The translations under genes and the position numbers were made by a program. Below are positions 23,316 through 33,000 of a DNA stretch of 64,000 nucleotides, in pieces. Source of the stretch: Botryllus schlosseri (taxonomy: Eukaryota); contig CM119375.1 in NCBI GenBank assembly GCA_051294905.1, positions 6,820,001-6,884,000 of the forward strand. Direction: 5' to 3'. Below the pieces are notes generated by a model, which was not told the DNA's origin, did no database searches, and saw only the letters and a program-made list of their open reading frames with translations. Each line of letters starts with the position of its first letter. Positions within the stretch are counted from its first letter, which is position 1.

Positions 23316-26300
23316 ATGAGTGTCGCCGGAGGGATGGTTCGTAAAGACATCGAAATGACCGATAAAACGGTGCTCATAACAGGAGCTAACACAGGCATAG
23401 GACTTGCGACTGCTCTTGACATGGCAGAAAGAGGCGCCCGTGTCATAATGGCTTGCCGCAACAAAGAAAAAGGTGAAGATGCAAGGCAGTATGTAAGTTT
23501 CAAGTTTTCAGTCAGTTGGGCTCTACGTACTCCATTGGACCTTAGTGAAAAACATGATTTTGGTAACATGAAGCCTGGTCATTCGAGGTAGAACACACAG
23601 TAGCATACCAACCTTCTGAAATGAGATTGAATAGAAGATATTACACACAAAACATTCTAGCTGCGTTACGTATATCGTGCTCCTACTATTCTTGTGAGCT
23701 TCATTTGACATACCATTCCAAGTTGCTGGCAAATGAAATCGGTGATATTATATTTTATAATCCTCCAATGGACTTTTCTAATCTATCCAAGGTTTAATGT
23801 GTATGTCTATCGCCCACACAGTGACATTCCCGTTTAGGTCGTTGACAAATCAAAGTCAGATAATGTCATCCTCAAGCTTGTTGATCTCTCGTCTTTCGAC
23901 TCCATCCGTCAATTCGCTGAAGATATCAACAAGACAGAAGAACGTCTGGACGTGCTAATAAATAATGCTGGTACGTAATTTTTGCACAGTACTCGGTTGT
24001 GTTTTCATTCGTAATATGTATGATGTGGATGGTTGTAGGTATCATGATGTGTCCGCAAATGAAAACGAAAGACGGTTTTGAAATGCAGTTCGGCACCAAT
24101 CATCTCGGGCACTTCCTTCTGACAAATCTGCTGTTGGATTTAATCAAGGTATGTGTCGAGCTACCGTAATTCATCATCATGGTGAGGCATATCTTGATGC
24201 GTAGAATGTGGCAGAGCGTGGACAGAATACGGTACCGCGATAAATAATATTCACTCGGCAGTACAGCAAAGTTAACTGCGCCACGGATCTTTCTACATGA
24301 AAACTTTCTTGGTTTTGAAGTAGTTGAGCTTTGGTCTACAAAAACTGAGACTTAGAAAATTGTATTCTGTAGGGTGACTTCTGCCTAAATTTTTTTTTTA
24401 AATCAAGTTCGATAGCAACGAGCACAATTCAGATGTGGATTTTGAGGGAATATGTCATTAATCATTTGTATGCTGCCAAATTTTGTCAAGTACTACTCGA
24501 ATCTATTCTGTTTTGCGTAGAAAAGTGCACCCAGCCGTATTGTGACAGTTTCGTCATTGGCCCACTACTGGCTGTTCGGAGCCAAGATACATTGGGACGA
24601 TATGAATTTGACAAATAATTACAACCCGACGCGCGCCTACGGTCAGAGCAAGCTCATGAACGTTCTGTTTTCGCGGGAGCTAAGCAAAAGGCTAGCAGGT
24701 GAGTGGTGTCGTTTTTTTTTTAAATCATAAAAACGACAGCATGGTATCAAGTGAAATTGTCATAACAACCGGGCAAAATAGTTTCTATATTACGGTAACC
24801 GAATAAATTTTCGAAGCAGACCTTTAATGTAGTGTCTTTTATCGTTTAGCGTTTGTCGTGAAGATGAACCTCGCTATTTCAAATGTATGCGACCTCTCGA
24901 CAAAATGTACTTTTGAAACTGCTTGCTTGAGTACTTCTTGGACCTTCCTTTTCTACTTGCACTTTGAGTAGTTTTGACATTTAAATCTACTTCTGCTTGT
25001 AATTGAGTAGAAATTTACACTGTTACTTCTACTCGATTAGTAGTAGCAGTACTCTGATCGTCTCTGCCTTTAACTTCAAAGGCCCACATTTGCCCGGGAT
25101 ATATTCCTGCTAGACCAAAATGGCTTATGATAGAATAAGATAGCTTTGGAAATGCCGAGTTACCAAAAACGCAGGTTGTACACAATTTGAATCACGTCTA
25201 CGTACTGAAATAGCGTGTTCGTGGTACATATCTTGAAGATTCCTTTCATTACAACATCTATTGCATTGGTACATGTATCGTAATTTGAAAACATTTCCTA
25301 TGCCCCTTTTCAATAGTTATCGGCACACTAAGAAAAGAGATTCAATTCAAACGGATTCAAAAGTAAAACCGACACTATATTTTATGACTTTTCTAGGTAC
25401 GGGTGTCACCACGTACTCTGTTGAGCCTGGTGCGGTAGCTACTGATTTGCAACGTCACGTGGGCAGCCACGATTCAATTCTGGATCGCGTCTTTTCTTTT
25501 TTCAATTCGTGGACAAGGTGGTGGTGGAGGACTCCGGAGCAGGGCGCGCAAACCCAGATCATGTGCGCCGTGGCTCCGGAACTGGCGGACCAGACAGGGC
25601 GGTTTTACTCGTGAGTTTTTGCGGGGATGGGGAGTCGCTTGAATTTTCATCCGGATCAAAGGTTGACTAGGGCTGGGCAAATCGAGTACCTGATTGATTC
25701 CATTATGAATCGAGTATGAGTCTTGTATCCGAGTATGTTGTCATTACCGTATGAGCAGCACCGTAACTGCCGCACCCCAAACCCCCCAATTGGGGGGGGG
25801 CGAGCTCGAAGGGGGCCCAAAATTATTTCGTGAATTAGCATAAATCATAGAGTATTTTTTGAAAATTTATGTAATTTTTTCGAATTCAAGTGGTCATTTT
25901 TCTATATTATTGCGTATTGGGCCATTACCGCGCCACGGCCCACCATGACATAAATCAAGTTTTAGGCCATATAACATGCGACTCCAAGAAGTGTGCCAGA
26001 ACGATCGGCAGCAAGAAAAGCTTGGCCGAAAAGGTCTATGCCCTTATGCAGATAGAAGACTTCGTTATATGGGCTATTCAAAATACATATAGGTTTAATT
26101 GTCCATAGGCGCCTAAATGACTGGCGCCGAATGTTCCTGTCTTTGCAATCTGAACCTCACAAGACAAATACCATCCCGCTGGGAAAAATTTTATGCCAGT
26201 GAAGAAATGCCAATTTGAAATCGTGTGCGTCTCTTAGTTTAGAAGCCTACGTTTGGGCGATTCTATTTTTTTTTGATATAGCAGACTGGAAGTCACGAAA

Positions 26301-28238
26301 TAACATCATGTAACGAAGTCATATCAACGGGTCCGCCCGCCCGAAGATGTTTAATCATTATTTACGGGCCCTCCCGTTTTCAAGACACTTCACTCAGCTC
26401 TACCGGTAAATCCAATTACGTGAGTAGAGAGGACCATAAATTGATAACATAATATATATGCAATCGCCGATCTGATTGACCGATTTTATGATAAATTATC
26501 AAAAATTTTCGCGCTTCGCGCTGGCTCACAATACAGTACAGATAATTTCGTGACAAACGCAAACAACGTGATTTAGAGGGGTCGTTTTATCACCCTATGA
26601 GAGCCCAAGAACCACGTTTTGGGGGGCCTGACGAGGTGCTGTTTCGTTCCTGCCAGCTGGTATACGCCCGAACATGTTTAATTATTATTGAGTGGGCCTA
26701 CCTTTTCAAACACACCTCACTCAGCTCTACCGGCAAATCTGATGATGCGAGCAGAGAGAAGATAAAAATTGATAACAATATATGCAATTCCCGATCATAC
26801 TGACGGATGAAATCATGAATTCTAGAAATTTTCCGCGCTTCGCGCGCTTAGGCGGCTAATGCTGATTCATCAAACAAACTCCCAATGAATATGATGAATA
26901 GCGGTAAACAGTGTATCGCCGGAGGGGGGTCTATAACCCTATGGGGGGCCCAAGACCAAAGTTTTGGGGGGGGGGCCTGACGAAGTGCTGTTACGGCCCT
27001 GCGTATGAGCGTCATGGAAAGTTCAAATATGTACCATTTATGCGACCAGAAAGAATATAACTTCAGTTCAACATGACATCAAGATAATTTTGTGTTTTTT
27101 TTCGACCACACCTATTTCATTGTACTTGTGATAATGCTGTGAGTCGATCACGGCATGACATTTCCACTGACATGCATGCTGCGATACGGCCAATCGAGGT
27201 TTCAAGGTTCCTGCAGTTGAAAATTATATCTATGCTAATTCTCGTCAACAAATTTTGATAAATCAACTCTTGGTGGCAACAAACGTATAATTTCAGCATT
27301 CGAAAAATTACTTGACTCGAATCGTTAGAATTATACTGGAACCGGGCCTACGATACTCAAAATATATTCAGTGGGTTCCTAACCTGAGAGCAAATGCGAC
27401 TCCATGTAAGCCCTAGTGCGGAGCGGATCGACAAATTCTCGGGTCCGACTCCGATCCGGTTTTTCAATGATCTGATGCGGCCTGTGTCCTTATCAGGAAA
27501 AAGTGCTGATCCGGCTCCGGCCAAAAGTAAAAAGTCTGACCCTACACGGCACGGTGGTTCCATGAATTAATAAATATGGCTCGTTTCTTCTCGCACTGGC
27601 TTGGCTGTTACTTGCGTGTGGTTGGTTGGTAGTTATTTAGGTACAAAAGTCACCCTTATCTAAAAGATTCTGCTCGTATCGAAAAAGTACTGATCAGGCT
27701 TCGGCCGTATCAGAAAAAGTACTGATCCGTCTCTGATCTAGTCCGGCCAAAATAGAAAAGAATCCTGCCGGATATCCAATCCGGCTCCGGTCCATGATCC
27801 GCACTATGATCAAGTTACATATTTTATCCAATTCAGTCAGGAAATGTACGTTGCCCACTTGCAGCTCTGATAAATTCAAAACTATGACAGATGTCTACAC
27901 TTTTCTTCCGACAGAATTTGATTTAAACATCTGTGACCTACTGACCAAGTCATTCCATATTTTTTTACAAGTCCAGTCATTTTAGGGCACTGACTCGAGT
28001 CGTGCCAACACTGTTCTGAACTCATTATTTTCGTCAGATGCTATAGGCTATTTTTCGGCTCTTGAAGCCGGAATGGAGATTTGCTTCGTATATATTGTCG
28101 TCGGTCGCAATTTGTATGACCTAAAATAATTTTGACAGTAATTGCAAGCTTTCATCCGAATCCTGGGATGGTCAAAGAGACGACTATGCTCTTCGACTGT
28201 GGGAAGTCAGTGAAGAATACACCAAGTTGAAAAAATAA
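23316..28238 (+). CDS. Retinol dehydrogenase 11/12/13/14-like short-chain dehydrogenase/reductase (NADP(H)-type), 303 aa, 6 exons
   Basis: Exons 23316-23492, 23838-23970, 24039-24148, 24521-24698, 25397-25610, 28139-28238 (912 nt; phases 0,1,0,1,2; all GT-AG). Motifs: [56 protein letters not shown], catalytic [22 protein letters not shown]. Confidence 0.94.
25756..27001. mobile_element. G-rich hAT-type MITE (1246 bp) with an internal tandem duplication of about 330 bp, in RDH intron 5
   Basis: CAGCACCGTAAC ... GTTACGGCCCTG (10/12); perfect 8-bp TSD CGTATGAG (25748-25755, 27002-27009); duplicated units at about 26338-26645 and 26665-26995. Confidence 0.88.
27414..27806. mobile_element. MITE with ATCCGG/GGATCC motif arrays
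   Basis: TIR TAGTGCGGA/TCCGCACTA; repeated gatccggctccgg; no TSD recovered. Confidence 0.6.
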
Positions 28239-29391
28239 CATTTACACGATTGGAACATGGTTGATGAGAAGCAGCTACCAATTTATACTGCGACCTTCAT
28301 TTGGTGGTTAATTTTATGAATATTTCGCACATTCAATAATGATTTGTCTATAAAAGAGACGGATTTTCAGCACTGGTATATCTAATGAATGCTGTCGGCA
28401 ATGTTATATCTTTTTTCTCTTCTTTAGGTTAGACTTTGCTAGTAAAATTATAATCCCTATTTGAGTATCACAGCAATGATATGATGTGCTGTAAGATTAT
28501 ACTTGAAAGGTATGTAAATGCATGAAATTCGAGTTAGTGCTGCCAATAACAGTTATGGGTTCTACTTGCAATCATATTTCCAGCCATTTATATTTCATGG
28601 TGATTACAATACAGGTCATTGTGCATTGCACAACTTGAAAATTTATATATGATGATAGTTTAATGTTAGGGATTCAAGAAATCATCAACACGATTACACC
28701 ACGATACCTGTTACCGGATTTCATTGTGGTCTGAAGTCTTCTAGTCTGCACAGAAAAGAGTAATTCAGCACATCGTGAGCGATATCAGTGAATTGTGCAA
28801 GATCAAAAAATATCGAATTAAGACTATTTTCTAAATTCAAAATTCATCAAATCGCTCAGTTGAATTCGATACTCTCTTGTGACTGAATATATTGGGATTT
28901 GAGAGCAGACATGGTATTTAGCGGGTGATGTGGACCTGCGTGAATAGAGTTGCGCCTTAGGACATGTGGTTCGAATCTGGAAAGCTTATGAGGGCTTCGG
29001 AACGAAAAGAGCCTGTTTAGAACGATGTTCATACTCTCATTTATAAACGGAGATTGTTGAAAATCATTATTCGACCCAAGGTTGAATCTAATATTTTAAG
29101 CATAATCGGCTGGGTATACTGCGCGATCAACAGGATATAAACATATGAAATGATCACTATTAGGTCTGGCTCGTGATTTATGTAGACTTTTAGCGATGGC
29201 TGCAATGAATGCGGATTTAAATATCGTTGCGAAAGTCAGGTATTAGAATGTTTTATAATATCCTTTATGAATGATATGGTTTTACTATCAGAATCCATAA
29301 ACACAGCAGGATTTCACACTGACTGTACTATTTATTGTTCAGTGACAGCAACTCAATGATATATTCTTAGTAATCAGTAGTAAAGTTATCG

Positions 29392-29409
29392 GAGAGAGAG
29401 AGAGAGAGA
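29392..29409. repeat. (GA)9 microsatellite
   Basis: Seen directly. Confidence 0.9.
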
Positions 29410-29625
29410 TGATATTCTTTTTCGCCTGCACCATCGAGATGCTTGGACGACGGAGATGTGATACGACCGTAAGGTCACCTAATCTGCACTGCACGTCCCT
29501 ACTGCGAACAGTAATGTAGGCTATACGATTTTACGAAATCTTAGTAAACATACTTGAAATTTATGTTAGGTAGTGGATCAACGAACATAATTTGCAGATA
29601 TTTGGAAATCACTGAGCTATATAAA

Positions 29626-29917
29626 CTAGGCATTACCAATGATCCGCTAGTCTCACACCAAATTTTTAGTTTCTTGTTTCTTCAGTATTTTATTTTTATG
29701 CTGCTTGATCCCAACCAATGCATCCAAATTTATGACACGATATCTGTATTTGTTAATGCAGGGTGTGATCAGACTAGTTGACCCTACCCAGAGTCATATC
29801 GGTCACACCCTGTCCTATACCGTTAAGTTCATATATTGTTGTTTCATGTGCCAATGATGTTTTCTTTACGGTTGGACAAATCGATAAATATCTCTCTCTC
29901 TCTCTCTCTCTCTCTAA
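29626..29917 (+). mobile_element. Possible retroposon with a (TC)n tail and a 15-bp TSD
   Basis: ACTGAGCTATATAAA at 29611-29625 and 29918-29932; a (TC)12 tract at 29891-29915 abuts the second copy. Confidence 0.5.
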
Positions 29918-29972
29918 ACTGAGCTATATAAAATGCGTCTGAATTTTGACCACATGATGACGCAATTTGATT

Positions 29973-29986
29973 GTTGCCAAGGTAAC
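29973..29986. promoter_or_regulatory. RFX X-box upstream of the CCDC42/CCDC197-family gene
   Basis: GTTGCCAAGGTAAC is a perfect X-box, 97 bp upstream of the ATG at 30083. A TGACGCAA CRE/ATF-like half site lies just 5' (29958-29965) and TATATAAA at 29925-29932. Confidence 0.75.
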
Positions 29987-30082
29987 GAATTATACAAGAA
30001 CAAGTACTCTTCACGAGGATAAAGATTTGCGGGAAGTCAGAGTGTTGAAAATAGTTGAAGTCGGCAATCTTAAGTCAGCGAA

Positions 30083-33000
30083 ATGCCGGCTACTACGACC
30101 AGCGAAAGTTCAACTAAATACAGCTTATCGCTGCATCCTCCAAAAGGAAACGTGTTCGTTACGCAATTGAACGATCGCGACGACAATGATGACATCAGAA
30201 AATTTCCAATCGTCAAGGAATCTGCCGACAAACTTCTGCAGTCTGGAGTAAATACGTTGCAAAGTACGTCACTTCTACGACAAGCAATTGACGTAGAACA
30301 TGTCGACCGAGATCTCGCGGAGAAAAGGGAAGAGTTTAAGAGGAGAATGGAAGTAAGTACCAGCAATAACCAATAACAATTCCAACTCATTTTCAACGCC
30401 TGTCCTTTTTATATTAATTTGTATTACTTTTCATTCAATGCACATGCCTCTTATTGTCATGCTTTAGGCCAAAATGGGTGTCAGATATAAAATAGGCCTA
30501 CCATTCATTTCACTCAATAATGACCTCTTATCTCCTGAAATGTCTTTATAGAAAATGAAACGGATGAAATGGGATGAACCCATACGAGACACTCTGCACC
30601 TGATTATTAATAACACACACTAATTAATGTGATGGTTGCAATTGTTTCTTCTCCACAAGCTGATCTAGGCGCCCAGGCGACGTGCAACTGAGTCGAATGA
30701 CGCATAAAGTATGGCCCAGTGGATATACGCAGTTTACGCAGCTCACGCAGTTCACACGCATTTATTATCTGTCTGAACCGAGTTTTAGCTTACTCTTTGA
30801 AAGTAACTCGCAACGAAGGTTGCCAATTAGATTGGTGAACAGCAAATAAATTATATAGTAGCCAATTACTCCAATACATCAATAATGATATCAACTAATC
30901 TGAGAACAGCTGCGCAAACTCCATATTATCTGTCCAAAAATTCGCATCTTTGTGACGTACGTCCAAAGTAGACCATGAATTGACTATGACGACATTGAGG
31001 TGTTATTTCTTTAATTAATGGACAAGCGTTCAAATTGATGTATATATTTGGGGATTGAGATACGAAATCCCGTCCTTCACATTTGCATCATTTTCGCTCC
31101 TTCATCAAGGATCGCATATGAACTTTCGCCGCTTGGGATCTGCGTTCCAAATGTCTCTGCGTGATCTGCGTGAACTGCGTGAGCTGGGTGAACTGCGTGA
31201 ACTGCGTATATCCACAGGGCCGTAAAGTATATATCGGTGCATTTGATGAAGACATTTTTTACATTAGAAAAATTTATGATACAATTTTTGAAAACTATAT
31301 TTTTTTTTACAAATAAATGAATTTTGTATACCACCTGAAATTACTGACCGACTTCTCTCCCTGATGGCCTGTACATGCCTTGGTGCTAACATGGCAATTT
31401 TTCCAGGTATGCAAGGCAAAAGAGCAAGAGCTACGTGCCCGGAGACAGAAAATGAACGAACGAGTTCTGAAATTCGACAAATTTCTGAAAGAAAACGAGG
31501 CAAAACGAAACCGCGCGCTCAAAAAGTACCAGCACGAAGTAAGGGAGAACGAAAATAAATGCAGAGATCTGGTGAAGCTCAACGTAGAATTGGAAGACCT
31601 GAACCATCACAGGGACCTTCTTAAAAAGAGGTAAATGTAAGAACAATTAAGATGTAGCAGCGTAATGGTGGAGCATCCGGCTTCTTAATCAGTATACCGC
31701 GTGTTCAATCATCAGCTGAGTCAGACCTAAGACCTTATTAGTAAAACTGGTATCCATGGCTTTCCCCACTTGAAAGGAAAGGACGTAGTTTATTTTTGTC
31801 CTTGATCTTTTTGCGGCATATACACCGACTCATGATACACATACACACGTTCTGCGCATATGCATACCATGAGTGCATGATGTGCATATGCCGCTGGACA
31901 AGGAAGTGCAGATATAGCCTTTACGGCTTTCTAAGTCATGCCCCACCCCTCCATGCTGTGTCAGTAATGCATGAGCGCCAAGCAGGGAAGCCATGGATAC
32001 CAGTGTTACTAATCAGGTCTTTGGTCTGACCCGGCCAGGAAACGAACCCACGACCTACCGATCAAGAAGCCGGACGCTTAACCATTACGCTATCTTGTCG
32101 GTCATCTTGCTTGACTCTTCGTATGACTGCGATGGTAAGAAGGAGTGGTGCAAGACTTGAAAAGCCATACAAGGCTTCATCTGCTCCTTCCTTGTCTAAC
32201 GGCATATGCACATCATGCACTCATGGTATGCATATTCACATATCGTATGTACTCTATATGGATATCATGAGTCGGTGTATATGCCGCAAAAACTTCAAAG
32301 ACAAAAACTACATCCTATGCGCTTGAACTGCCTGAGAAGTCGGTATCACAAACTTATTGACACAAATGGTCAATCGTAGCGGCGGATTCAAACTAGCTTA
32401 TGTCCATTTTCTCAAATTTAGAGATCCATTTTTCAAATTGATAGAAAATCAAGTTTTTGTAAATATTCATATTTTTTTCGTCTATATCTTGGCCATCTTT
32501 AGGTTAGTTACATTGTTTCAAAGTAAACCATGGCCAATTTAATTTATTATATACCATTTCATCATTTCAACACACCACAATACTGCGATACAGTGAAAAG
32601 ATAGGAAGCCGTCGAAACGATTTGGAGTAGTCTTTGAAATCAGACACCCACCTTGGCCTAGGCGCTGTAAAGAGGAGGCAAGCACACTGAATGAAAAGTA
32701 AAAGAAGTTGATATAAAAGGACAAGCGACAAAATGAGGTGGCATGTGACGGTAGGCGAGATCGATATGTCAGGTCGTGGTCCGTTGAAGTAGAGGGCTGA
32801 CTAGTATTCATGTTTGAAAGTAAAAATTGAACCTACGCAACCTATAGGATCCCTTATGATGCCTCAAAGCAGCGTAAGCTGTGTAAAGCCACTTGAGGGT
32901 GAGAGTGTATTGCAAGCATCTACTTATGCACTCGGTTTTGTTGATGTGGCCGTTGCTCACCTTCTCTTGAGTACGGCATATGACACTTAACATCTACTCT

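Noticed and set aside
28940-28985. Isolated B-box GGTTCGAATC
   Set aside because: No convincing A box or cloverleaf.
32030-32103. tRNA gene
   Set aside because: A and B boxes are present, but the acceptor and T stems do not pair cleanly and it continues into a multicopy body; it is a SINE head.
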